Assembly (NCBI GenBank): GCA_963713605.1
Contig: CAVQMO010000010.1
Coordinates: forward strand, 192,001-256,000
Reading direction: 5' to 3'
Length of the DNA: 64,000 nt
Source: an uncultured Nitrososphaerales archaeon
GTDB lineage: Archaea > Thermoproteota > Nitrososphaeria > Nitrososphaerales > Nitrososphaeraceae
The translations under genes and the position numbers were made by a program. Of this stretch, positions 23,907 through 34,824 are shown one piece after another. Below the pieces are notes generated by a model, which saw nothing but the letters and a program-made list of their open reading frames with translations, did no database searches and had not been told where the DNA came from. Every line of letters starts with the position of its first letter. The first letter of the stretch is position 1.

Positions 23907-24467
23907 TTATTTGTATTCAGCTCTTACATCATTTTCATAATTCATAAGTAGCTTATGCACCTTAGGATCAATTATATAACTGCAGTATGGAGCTCCTCGG
24001 TGTTCATCATAGTAGTTCTTGTGATAGTCTTCTGCAACATAAAAGCTACTAAATGGAGTTATTTCTGTTACGATTGGATCTTTGTAGATTCCTTCATTGC
24101 CAAGCGCTCTTTTAGACTTCTCAGCAATCTCTTTTTGTTTCATGTCATGATAAAAGATTGCAGAGCGGTATTGTGTCCCAACATCATTACCCTGCCTGTT
24201 AAGGGTCGTGGGATCATGTGTACGCCAGAAAATGTCAAGTATTTTCTCAAAATTTATAACCTTTGGATCAAATTCGATCTGTATTGATTCTGCATGACCG
24301 GTTCTCCCACTGCATATTTGTTCATAAGAAGGGTTTTTCACTTGTCCTCCAGAATATCCAGGAAGAACTGATTTTATGCCCTTTAGTCTTTTGAAGACTG
24401 CTTCACTACACCAAAAACACCCGTTTGCAAACGTTGCAGTTTCGTAATCAGTTTTGCTTTCACTCAT
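23907..24467 (-). CDS. msrA: Peptide-methionine (S)-S-oxide reductase
   Basis: GCFWC, TGHAE, HDPTTLNRQGNDVGTQYRS, AEDYH. Confidence 0.97.
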   Translation of the reverse strand: MSESKTDYETATFANGCFWCSEAVFKRLKGIKSVLPGYSGGQVKNPSYEQICSGRTGHAESIQIEFDPKVINFEKILDIFWRTHDPTTLNRQGNDVGTQYRSAIFYHDMKQKEIAEKSKRALGNEGIYKDPIVTEITPFSSFYVAEDYHKNYYDEHRGAPYCSYIIDPKVHKLLMNYENDVRAEYK

Positions 24468-24849
24468 TTATGATCTTTGGCAACTCCTTGCTCTTTGGGA
24501 CAAAATAGATAGATAATGAATTGACACACTCACGAGTATTCTTATCGGTCAGACCTTCGCCTAGAAATTCATGCCCTAAATGTCCACCGCAATTCTTACA
24601 CTCTATTTCTGTTCTCACCCCATCAGGATCAGGGATACGCCTTATTGCATTTGGTAACGTTTCATCAAAACTTGGCCAGCCACACCCGGCATTGAATTTA
24701 CTTTTAGATGAAAAGAGAGGTGCATTACATTTTCTACAAATAAATGTTCCATCTCCATAAAAATCATCGTACTCTCCGGTGAAGGGAGCCTCTGTTGCTT
24801 TATTGATGATAACTCGTTCTTGTTCTCTGGTAAGTTTATTGTAATTCAT
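24460..24849 (-). CDS. msrB: Peptide-methionine (R)-S-oxide reductase
   Basis: TEAPFTG, CRKC, GCGWPSF, CGGHLGH, RECVNS. Overlaps the msrA start. Confidence 0.96.
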   Translation of the reverse strand: MNYNKLTREQERVIINKATEAPFTGEYDDFYGDGTFICRKCNAPLFSSKSKFNAGCGWPSFDETLPNAIRRIPDPDGVRTEIECKNCGGHLGHEFLGEGLTDKNTRECVNSLSIYFVPKSKELPKIINE

Positions 24850-25449
24850 ATCTGATAAATCCTTTTATGATCATGAACCAATCTATCTTATATTTTATGA
24901 TTATATAGTTCTTTGTAAAATATCGTTCAATTTTTGACCGCGTACCGTGTCCATCCTCGAAATATGAATTGCTATAGGTTATGAATGTACGGTAGGGATA
25001 AGGTTAGTGATAACTTTCATCAAATCCTAAATAGCATGACAAGTGCAAAGCGCTACTAAAATCTGTACAAGTAGTAGGCACAGCCCGAAGGAAGAAGTGA
25101 GGCATAAAGAAATTCCAGTACTGATATCGCCATGGACATGAATTAGAAGTAGGAATTGAAATCTTTCAAGACTTCGAATATGGATTTAATTGAACGAAGG
25201 AATATGACAGTGTTGGAGGAAATCTTCTAGTTGCTCATAATTTTCTAATTCCAGGTATTTTATTAAACAGTCTACGGTGTTGTCATCATATTCAGTATTC
25301 TTGTACTTTTCTTTACCCCATACAACTTGAGTATGCTCTGATCTATCATCCAAGCTGGTAATTCTTAGTTTCCATTATGACAGTAATCTATAAATTGGTT
25401 TCTAGTTTGCAAATCCTATCTATAAATAAATGAATGTTGACTAGGTATC

Positions 25450-25693
25450 GTGCACGTAAGTGTAAGTACGTCATCGCCTGCAGCAGGCAGCAGCAGCAAC
25501 AGCAATAGAAGAAAAGGAAAGAAAAGAAGGACAATCCAAGTCATTTCTTAGGTACAAAGTGACTACCGGAAGCCTATCTGATAGGACTAAACTGGCATAT
25601 ACTTACCACATTAACGAGTTCTTGGCACACTATCGAATAACCGACTTGCAGCCATTGAAGGAGTATAGTCCCAAAGTCTTGAAGCAGATGGTT
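25450..25693 (+). pseudogene. Tyrosine integrase N-terminal remnant
   Basis: TTGSLSDRTKLAYTYHINEFLAHYRITDLQPLKEYSPKVLKQMV aligns with TSPSLSPYTREHYEKNITRFLAYFQIKDVDPLKEYSL*HCKQLI of the 60-61 kb integrase. Confidence 0.8.
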
Positions 25694-25774
25694 AGTACAA
25701 ATTTGTACACCCTTGGGACGGGTGAATAATTCGCTTGCTAAAGAAGCTAATACATGAGTTTCGAATTTTTACAA

Positions 25775-26595
25775 GATTGAGACAATTCTAGAAAAGGCCC
25801 CAGAGGACGTTAAGAATAGGGTACTATTAGGCAGAACACGTGTCGATAAGGCATACCGCAAAATGCAGTTGGAGAAAAGCTCGAGCAGGAAGCTTTTGCT
25901 GAAGCAGGCTTTTTAATTGAATCTAATAATTTCAGCTACGTGCAAGAACAAGAACATCAAACCCTATCAACTCATCGAAAGTGACTTTCGTGAGAAAGGC
26001 AAAGAGATAGAGTCCAATTCCATCTCTTTAGTCATTGTTGACTCGATGTATTACGAAAATACTTTGTATTTACACAAAGAATATTATGCAGAGCTTGTAG
26101 AACGGGTATTAACGGACGGAGGTAGTTATGCAGTCTACCTGGTTCCTCAATGGAAAGAAGGTATAGATTCGTGATTATATTACTCAGAATAGTAACTTAA
26201 AGGAGTGCGGAAGTTGGACGGTAAAAATGCAAGGCCAATTCGGAAGCGACCATAATATGCGTATGTTTTATCAAACAAAAGAAATTGGTTGGTATTGCAA
26301 GGGAGATAAACCAATCTGCCCTTTGTTTAAGGAAGGTAGAAAGATGTTTAATCTTATCAAGTGAAAGACACCAGATAAGCGACGAAATAAATATACTCAG
26401 AATCCAATCGATTATGAATATATCATTAAGAATTTAACAGCTCCATACGATAGAGTTTTTGACCCTATGATGGGAGAAGGAACTACAGGCGTAGTTGCAT
26501 TGAAACTCAAACGCAGATTTATTGGAATTGAAATAAATCCTGAAACAATGAAGCTTGCAAAGGCCAACATAAGTCTAAACCGAAACTTAAGCTAA
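25775..26595 (+). pseudogene. N4-C/N6-A DNA methyltransferase (beta-class motif order), degenerate
   Basis: LIESDFRE...SISLVIVDSMYY (degenerate DPPY) followed by VFDPMMGEGTTGVVALKLKRRFIGIEIN (motif I). Contains an in-frame TGA and frameshifts. Confidence 0.85.
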
Positions 26596-26774
26596 CTTAG
26601 GACAAGGAGAAAATTCAGATTTCAAAAAGCTAATTCAGCTACGGTGAGCTAAATTTAGCTCGTATAATAGAATATGGTGGTAAGTAGAAGAGTTAGAAGA
26701 GCCGTCGCCTATGTAACTGCTGTAAGGCAACCTCCTCCAGTGGAATAATAAGTAGTAGTAGGCGACAGAGTAAA

Positions 26775-27032
26775 TTGGTGACTGACCCCCGAACTAGAGA
26801 ATATCTTAGACAACTCGCAAAGACTGTAGAGTGTGCTGAAGAGATATGTCAATGTTCACATTGCAGTGTTGAGCGATTGAAAAAGCAAATTACAGCAGAC
26901 GATAAGGATGGAGTCCTTCAATATTTAGGTACGAAAATGTTTGGCGGTACTGATGGTGGAAGAAAAGGTAGGAATTATCCATCTGGGTTTACGACAGAAT
27001 TATGCAAGGATCCAATTTTCTGGAAGTCATGA
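26775..27032 (+). CDS. Hypothetical Cys-containing protein of the element
   Basis: 85-aa ORF with C..EICQCSHC. Confidence 0.45.
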   Translation: MVTDPRTREYLRQLAKTVECAEEICQCSHCSVERLKKQITADDKDGVLQYLGTKMFGGTDGGRKGRNYPSGFTTELCKDPIFWKS

Positions 27033-27084
27033 AGAATCTTTTAGAAAGTTCAAAGTTCAGAAAAGGCTCAAATTGGAATTCTGA

Positions 27085-27217
27085 TGGTTCCACCGGTGGA
27101 ACCAGCAGAATTGGGTTTCCTGCCTTTTCTAGATCCTGTTTGACTTGAATAGTACCAATTTGGAATTTCCGCAGTTCTAGGTACCAGAACCACGGGAATT
27201 GGGTTTCCTGCCTTTTC
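27085..27217. repeat. 20-bp perfect palindrome plus two 22-bp direct repeats
   Basis: TGGTTCCACCGGTGGAACCA (27085-27104). GAATTGGGTTTCCTGCCTTTTC at 27108-27129 and 27196-27217. Confidence 0.9.
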
Positions 27218-27275
27218 CGGCTAGGGCAAATGACTGACTATAAGTATATTCTAGACGCATTGAAATTTTAAGTAA

Positions 27276-27509
27276 CTAACGTAATTTCCTTTCATCTTTA
27301 GCCAGTTTCTTCATATCTTTATAATCAAATTGGACCAAATCTTTAGATGATTTGATTCGGCCTCCGTATTCTCCCGTTTGTACTAATTCTGCGCTGCCAT
27401 CGGGATAATGCTCGACGTTATAAGTACTGATGGATACCTTAACGACTTCTTCTTCAGAACATAATCTATCTATGGTGCTCAGGGGTGTACCGAGGAAGCA
27501 GATAGTCAT
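27276..27509 (-). CDS. Hypothetical protein of the element
   Basis: The ATG overlaps the upstream stop (ATGA coupling). Confidence 0.6.
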   Translation of the reverse strand: MTICFLGTPLSTIDRLCSEEEVVKVSISTYNVEHYPDGSAELVQTGEYGGRIKSSKDLVQFDYKDMKKLAKDERKLR

Positions 27510-28297
27510 TCTTTGCTAGTGCGCTTTTTCTTACTTTTACTCTTATGATTGTCACTAGTAGTAGTATTGTTGTTGTTATTACTATCGCTAAGGGCTGTGT
27601 CAATCATGCCCTTCACTTCTTCCGCGGTGACATTTCGCTGCGGTATGTTATTATTATTACCGCCTTCCAATTTCTGCCTTAATGCTAATGCTAACTGTTC
27701 CTCGTCCTTCTGTAATCCATTCTCGTTAATCCATCTTCTTCGTTGTACATCATTTGGAATTGTACCAAAATGGTTCAGTTCGTTATATTCACCATCCCTA
27801 AGATCTTCAAATGTTTCAACTGATATTCTAATACCATTTGAGTGCTCCACTGAAAAATGAGCAGACTGCGAAAGGCCAATTTGCCGTAGTTCATTCATCT
27901 TTTCTTTGGAGAAAGGGATTGAGTAACCGGTTTCAATATTTGCAATGTCTGATACCTCTCGCTGCCTCCTTACCAAAGGCGACCTGTTTTATAGTGTAAA
28001 TAGCCTTGGGTATCGGAAACTTTCCTACGTCGGAGCGGAAAAAATGTTTCACATTCAGTGCTTCATCCAGTCTGTACGAACTCTCTGAATAAGTTATGAA
28101 TTCCTTTTCGCCAGTTTTCACACGTTTGATATCGACTATTTCCTTTTCTCGATGGTGCGTATACTTTTCTAAATCTTCAGTCCTGGTATTTCTGATGTAC
28201 TCTTCATATAATCGGTCAAATACTTCTCTGGGTACTCCAGGCCTAATTTGGAAAATTCGGCTTCGCCCTCTGGTGATTGAATAAAACCGTTTACCAT
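27506..28297 (-). pseudogene. Hypothetical element protein, frameshifted
   Basis: MVNGFIQSPEG..., ...KRVKTGEKEFITY... and ...GYSIPFSKE... frames join into one ~260-aa protein ending in an Asn/Thr-rich, basic tail. Confidence 0.6.
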
Positions 28298-28389
28298 ATC
28301 TATCTAGATTCTTTTTAAGAGTCGGATGTTATTATTATTGACGATATCATATAGTGAAGAAAAAGCAGCAAAAATAGTGAGGATATTAT

Positions 28390-28813
28390 AGATCTAAGCA
28401 ATATCAGATCAGACCCGACTACCGAGTTAAAATATATCTGCAAACAGGATAAAGAATTATTGTACCCATATCCCCAGGGACAAATTGAGAACCCATATGC
28501 GGGCCCTTGTTATAGGTGTCCTTCCTGTAATACCGTCTATGATTCATCGCTTGTGAAGCTACCACGTCAACCTAGACCAGTAAATTCCTCTATTGGTGGT
28601 ATTGGAGAAAATCCACTCAAGTGATATTCGAGACAATTAACGAGGATAATATTAAGGGTCTTCAAGAAAGGGAGGATGAATACGACAAATATGATCCTGA
28701 AGAAAATGCCGATGAAACGTTACGATTATCAGGTGCCAAGATCATTAGAGTCAAGGATTGAATTAACTGATTCTTCAGGACATAATCGAACTCTAGTTAA
28801 AAGGACAGAATAG
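28390..28813 (+). pseudogene. Zn-ribbon hypothetical protein, frameshifted
   Basis: PCYRCPSCNTVYD...acidic segment...ELTDSSGHNRTLVKRTE*. Confidence 0.5.
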
Positions 28814-28821
28814 TTGAACGA

Positions 28822-29278
28822 ATGAATTCAGAAGTTGAACGTTTGCGGTGGAGGAGAAATAAAATCTTAGAACTATCTAGCGAAGGACATAATCAACATC
28901 AGATAGCCTCTATACTGCAGGTAGCACTAGGCACTGTAAACCGGGATTATCAAATACTGAAGAAGTTAGCGCAGGCCAACATATCCAAGTACCATCAATG
29001 AAACTCTGCCATTGGAATATCAAAAGTGTATGGTAGGCCTAGATGCAATACTTGTGAAAAGCTGGGCAATGGCAAATGATTCTTCAGCAATACACCGGGA
29101 TAAACTACAGGCCTTATCAATTGCAATGCAGGCCTATGAAATGAAGTTAGAATTGTTATCATCGGCCAATGTAGTTGAGAGGGCCGTACATTTTGTAAAT
29201 AAACATAGGGGTTTAACAGTACAAAATAGGGAAGTAGTCATAGATGGTACTACAAAATCTCTCGCGAATCCTAGATAA
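28822..29278 (+). CDS. HTH protein, putative terminase small-subunit-like (one frameshift)
   Basis: MNSEVERLRWRRNKILELSSEGHNQHQIASILQVALGTVNRD (HTH) continues after a +1 indel into helical ORF 29012-29278 and overlaps the TerL-like start. Confidence 0.7.
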
Positions 29279-30726
29279 GTACGAATTTCAGCTCGGTAGT
29301 ACCTAATCCAGAACAATTTGAATTACTGAAGGGATTACCGTTTTATAACTGGTCACTAAGTGACCAAAGCAAGGACTTCAATCATGTCATAGGTTTACCT
29401 GAAAAGAATGGGCAACCTATGCCATTATTTGACTATGAAAAGTTGCTATTTGACACTTTACAGTCAAATAAACACGTCTGGATAAAGAAGAGCTACAGGC
29501 TTAGGCGTAACTGAATTTATGCTGAGATATATGGCCTGGTTATGCTTTTTTGAGAAAAGCGCTCAAAATACTCAAATGTGCATTGTGACAGGGCCCCGTA
29601 TTGAGCTAGCGATTACACTAATTGACAGAATGAAAAATCTATTTAGGCAAAATATAGATCTCAAAAACACTATTTTTGACACAAAGGAAACTGTCATTGA
29701 ACTCAATGGTGTGCATATTGAGGCCTATCCATCACACCATTTAGACGCGATGCGAGGACTCAAAGATGTGTCATTCATATATTTAGATGAAGCAGACTTC
29801 TTTCCACCTGGTCAGCAGCAAGATGCTCGTGACGTTAGTGAAAGGTACATTGGTAAATCAAACCCTTGGATCGTAATGGTATCCACACCAAATGCTCCAG
29901 AGGGATTATTTGAAAGGATTGAACAGGAGCCCGAAAGTTCATGTCTTTACAAAAGATTATTTCTAGATTATACTTACGGCCTTGACCGCATCTACTGTGA
30001 GGCAGAGATTGCCGCGGCCAAAGCCTCACCTTCATTTGAAAGAGAGTATAATTTAAAATATCTTGGGTTAATTGGGAACGTTTTCCATACCAGAGATATT
30101 GAGGCAGCGATTGAGAAAGGTAGGATTGGACCGACCGTCGGTCCAAACTCATACTACTACACTCAAAAATCTGTGGGCCTAGATCCCGGGTTCGGTAGTA
30201 GTAATTTCGGTGTGTGTATAACTGAGTTGAGAGACGGATTAATTCATGTCTTGCATGCTTCTGAGCATCATAGACCATCATTCAATCAGATGATCGAGAT
30301 CACAATTGACTTGCTCGATAAATATAAAGTAACATTTGAAGGCCGCTCAAGGATATTTGTAGACGGTGCTAATCCATCCTTCATTAGAGCATTGAAGGAA
30401 AGATTGGATGAAGATACAAATTTTGAACATATTACGGCTTACCTTAAGAAACAATATTCATCAATTTATGATCTGAAATTCCTCGAAGAAAATATGATGG
30501 TGATCCCCGTCCCGTTCAATAAGGAGCATAAGCACATGCTGGCCCACTGCAAGGCAATGATGGATATACCACGAATGGTCAAGTTGCTATTAATCCTAAA
30601 CATAGCAAATTAATTACTGCGTTGCGTACCGCTGTGGAGAATGGGGAAGGTATGCTAGATAAGGAAGCAACGAGTCATGATGATTGTTTCGATGCTTTCA
30701 GGATGTCGATGTTATTCTGGCACTAA
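29244..30726 (+). CDS. Terminase large-subunit-like ATPase/nuclease (frameshifted)
   Basis: Deviant Walker A KK-ATGLGVTE, Walker B FIYLDEADF, coupling motif VSTPN, FEREY, and RNase H-like acidic residues GLDPG, VDGAN and HDDCFDA. Confidence 0.8.
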
Positions 30727-30930
30727 AAAAAGACGCGTGACATTTGTTCCTCACATAATATAATGCTATTGTCCAGCGGACGTTTGGCTGCTGCAACTCT
30801 AACATTTTCTGCTGGTGAAGAAATCGGCATGTATACACTTGATATTTGTAATTTACAGTGATGTTCCAACGATACCCCCGTTTTTTTCATTGTTAATTCT
30901 AGACATCTTTATAAGTTCTACACTTGTAAA

Positions 30931-32087
30931 ATGGCGACAACCTTGACTAAACCGCCTCGCTCTAGCTGGTCTAATTTCTTTCATGACCTCGTAACTGTAG
31001 ATTTTCATCAAACAGATATCAACACTGGTGTGAGGATTGCCGCAATATTGGTAATCATAACAGTAGTAGGGTTGATCACCGGCCATGCTGCTGAGTCAGG
31101 TCTTGTCACGTTAGGAACATTGTTTGTGCTGATAGTAGATCAACTTCCTCATAAAGGTACGCGAACACGCTTCCTGCTGACAGTTTCCATACTATGGGCA
31201 TCAATTTTCGCCATCGGCATGGTCATAAGCATGAGCGATAACCTTGTCACTACCGCTCTGTGGCCTTGGATTATTCATCATAGCATACTTCACGGTATAT
31301 CCAAAAGCCTTCGGGACCATGTATTTAGCCAGCTTTATGTATGTCGTTGCAATTAGTTCTCAAGGTGCTACCCTACGCTCTAGCTGGCCAGAGCTTCTTG
31401 CTAATTTTTGTAGGTGGACTGTGGGGTATAGTAGGTGGCATCATCTTTCTGGCCCGTAAAACCCCGAAGCAACAAAGTACTGTAACAGCAGATCCTATCC
31501 AAGAACCTCTTCAACCTCAGTTGACCTGGCAAGACAGATTCAGACCTCTGACAAGCAATCTATCCGTTCACTCTAAACATTTCCAATATGCAATCTTTTT
31601 TGCAATTACAGGTGCAGTTGGCATGCTGATTATTCAATGGTTTAAGCTACAGGAGGGAGACTGGGTTTTGATATCCGTAATAGTCATACAGTCAGTGATA
31701 TCATATTCGGAAATTTCTTTGACTCTTAGAAAAGTAGTCCACCGTATTGTAGGTACTATAATAGGTGGAATAATCGCCCTGATAATAATTGAGAGTGTTT
31801 TTCAAAATATATGGTTACTGTTTTTATTATTCCTCATTTTCACAGTCACTTGCGCCTCATTCGCAAAGATGACAAAAAAGAATTACGCCTTTTTTGTCAT
31901 CTTTATGACCGTTACATTACTTCTTTTTGAAGAAATCTCATACCCAACAACAGACCCGACAGCTGCACCTTTAGAAAGGATCCAGAACATTTTCATAGGT
32001 TGCGTTCTCTCCCTAGTTGCATCTAGCATTTGGATCGCGTTCCGTCGGAACAAATCCGACTTACCTTTAGAGCGTAAAGGGGAATGA
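30931..32087 (+). CDS. FUSC-family (aromatic acid exporter-like) membrane protein, frameshifted
   Basis: Multi-TM with WVLISV, HRIVGTIIG, KNYAFFVIFMT and ERIQNIFIGC over three ORFs. Confidence 0.8.
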
Positions 32088-32350
32088 AACTTTACTATTT
32101 TTTAGATTAAACAATTCCAGGATAGGTAATAATGATGAAGTTGTTGTCGCTTGCTTGTTTGTCAGATAAACACGAGTTTTGCACTTTTAGTTTTGCTGGT
32201 GCTACCGGCTGTCAATGCTCCTGCCATCACTGACTGCACTAGTTTTTAGGATCTTCGACTATTATTATATCAAGTAAATAATGCAATTATCATTAGGGTG
32301 CTTGACAAACAATCATAGAGCACAGAGTGGAGCGATAACATTACTTGTGA

Positions 32351-32599
32351 GTGTCGCTGCCACACTGTAAATCGGCGATAAAGAAGTTGTCCGGTACTAA
32401 TGATCTACTACCAACTGAAGAAGAGATAAATAAATGGACCAAAAGGTCAAGGAAGGAAGGCATATGCGGTATAGTAAATTGCTTCAACAAGCAAATCACT
32501 CAATGTAAAAAATGTACTAATTATTACTGTTCAGAACATTTTCCCTCGCACCTTGATTTAATACCAGATGGAGATCTTGAACATTCTGATACAAAATGA
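32351..32599 (+). CDS. Small Cys/His zinc-finger protein (AN1/B-box-like pattern)
   Basis: CGIVNC...CKKC.NYYCSEH..H. Confidence 0.7.
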   Translation: MSLPHCKSAIKKLSGTNDLLPTEEEINKWTKRSRKEGICGIVNCFNKQITQCKKCTNYYCSEHFPSHLDLIPDGDLEHSDTK

Positions 32600-33855
32600 A
32601 GGTCTAGAGCGCTATATGGATGATGATGATGAAATTGATGACTCTAACGATTCAAACGAGGGTCTAGATGATGATTATATGGATTGACGTTACTAGTTAG
32701 AGAGTAACGAAGTCGTGAGCGTGAAATCGCTTACGATATGACGTATCTGCAAGTACAGAAAATCATTATAGATTACATTTCCTATCATAAATTGGTTTGT
32801 GGATTAAATTTCGAAGAAGCCAATATGAAAACATGTTAAATTACAAAAGTAACTCATTAATATTGAATTAATCCATTAATTACTTACAAGAGATCTAAAT
32901 TTATGGCACTCCTTTGAAGATAAAATCCGAGTCGATATAATATATTCATTATTTTGTCAAATTTCTTTAAAATTAGGAGTTTTGTCACACGGATAAGGAT
33001 TTTGAAACTTCCCCTACTTGAAAGTTAATTAATAAAAGTTTATTTCGAAGGAATCAAACACAGCATAAATTTTAACTATGGTAACCAGCAATATTGATCG
33101 CGCAAAATGGAGACAAGTTTTGTGCGAATTCTGGGTTGAGGACGGGAGAGAATATAAAAATTTGAAAATGGAATCAGAGTCGGAAACAGACCATATTTCC
33201 ATCACAATAGGAGTATGGTCAAAGTAAGGATGGTTACGACGACTAGAAGTTATAAAACACACGGCGACACGATTGCAAGGCTCTAGCACATATTGATTGT
33301 TATGGATCGATGTCATATCCTATTATTTATCTGGAGTGAATTTAGATATAATCTGGAATAATGGATTTATGTGACTTCTGGACATAGTATTGTGATGAAT
33401 TAGACGTGATTAAGCTTGATTTTAAAAATATTGGATTACAGCTTTGTACATGCACATACATTGAAATAATGACTGGGCTAGGAATTTCGTTGTACCTATT
33501 ATTCACGCAGAATTATACCCTCGCTGTATTTAGTGCGATTATATTTGCTCCTCTCATAGTATTCCATTACGTTATTTCAAGAATACCGAGTGGGAAATGG
33601 GAAAAGACATGTGATATTGGAAGTTGTGATTCAAGTTCAAGACGTTTGCATTTTACAAGAGCTTCATCGTAGCTGTGACACGAATTAATCGGTATGGGGG
33701 TCGGCTGGTTGTCATGAATATACTGAATAGACAATACATAAATTATTCTGACGACGAATTGAAATTAATTTTGATCCTTTGATCTGACTTTTGTGAAATG
33801 TTATAATAATTTTCATCTCGATCAGCGGCGTTATTTTCAATCAGGGTCAACAACT

Positions 33856-34236
33856 CTATTTGTGACTTTTTGCTATTCCTCTTTCTATTTTCTTTTGTAT
33901 GTTGTCAAGAGCCATGATTATTTTGTATATCTGCTCTTTATCTTGGTGTTCTAGTCCATCCACTATATCCAGCCTTTCCTTGGTCAGTAGGCTAATGACC
34001 TTCTCCGCCTCATCCTTGAATAATTCAAGAGTTATTAACTCTGGTCGTGAAGAACCATTCAAATCATTTACACTGCGAAAGGGAATACCTACACTTTCAA
34101 ATAGATTCCCTATCTTCTTTATGTCTCCCTCGTCAATATGTATGTCCTCCTTTGCGATTATACTAAAACCAGATTTATCGATATTTCGTAGTGTGAGAGA
34201 CCTACGAGCAATAGAATACTCTAAGATTTTCGTCAT
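33856..34236 (-). CDS. Hypothetical protein
   Basis: 126-aa charged ORF with ATG start. Confidence 0.6.
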   Translation of the reverse strand: MTKILEYSIARRSLTLRNIDKSGFSIIAKEDIHIDEGDIKKIGNLFESVGIPFRSVNDLNGSSRPELITLELFKDEAEKVISLLTKERLDIVDGLEHQDKEQIYKIIMALDNIQKKIERGIAKSHK

Positions 34237-34824
34237 CCTTTCAATACTTCTTATTCACCTGTTTATTTCTTGTTTGTGTATACTTCCAAATATGGTTGGA
34301 TCAGCCTTGGGCCCAACCTAGTATTCAATAATATCAGTTTCGAATCAAAATTTCTCAATAGGATAGGGAAAAGGCATCATGGACTACGATTCAAATTAGA
34401 TGAGCCCGAAAGTAGCGTTATTTGTCATTCGAACTTGTTAAAATTATGAAGAGTACGCATCGACATCCTATAAACAGGATGCTTCACGTTGTTGGGATTC
34501 TTATATGCACCTGGGTTTTACATATTGATTGCGTACCTTACGGGTCAACATGTCTTAAATCTGGTATCTAGTCTAGTAATATGGTTTACAGCAATAGATT
34601 TGTTTATAGTTGGTCATGTCATTGAAGGTAATGTCGGAGCAATGACTTTGACTATGCTTTTTAAATATGCCCGATTCAAATTTACCAAAGCCAAAAAATT
34701 GCACACAATTCATATTTAGTTTAAGAATTAAAGAGTATCGCCTATAATGCAAAGAAACAAGGATTACCGTGACCAAATACCTGCTGTAAGTTTCCAAAGT
34801 CGGAATCATACCCATGTTACTATA

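Larger units (their letters stand above)
25450..30726. mobile_element. Decayed integrative virus-like element (integrase remnant, MTase, HTH/TerS-like, TerL-like)
   Basis: Contiguous run of mobile-type genes between msrB and a FUSC gene. Att sites were not identified, so the boundaries are approximate. Confidence 0.65.

Noticed and set aside
27108..27217. Possible mini-CRISPR (two 22-bp repeats)
   Set aside because: Only two copies, a 66-bp gap, no cas genes and no repeat palindromy.
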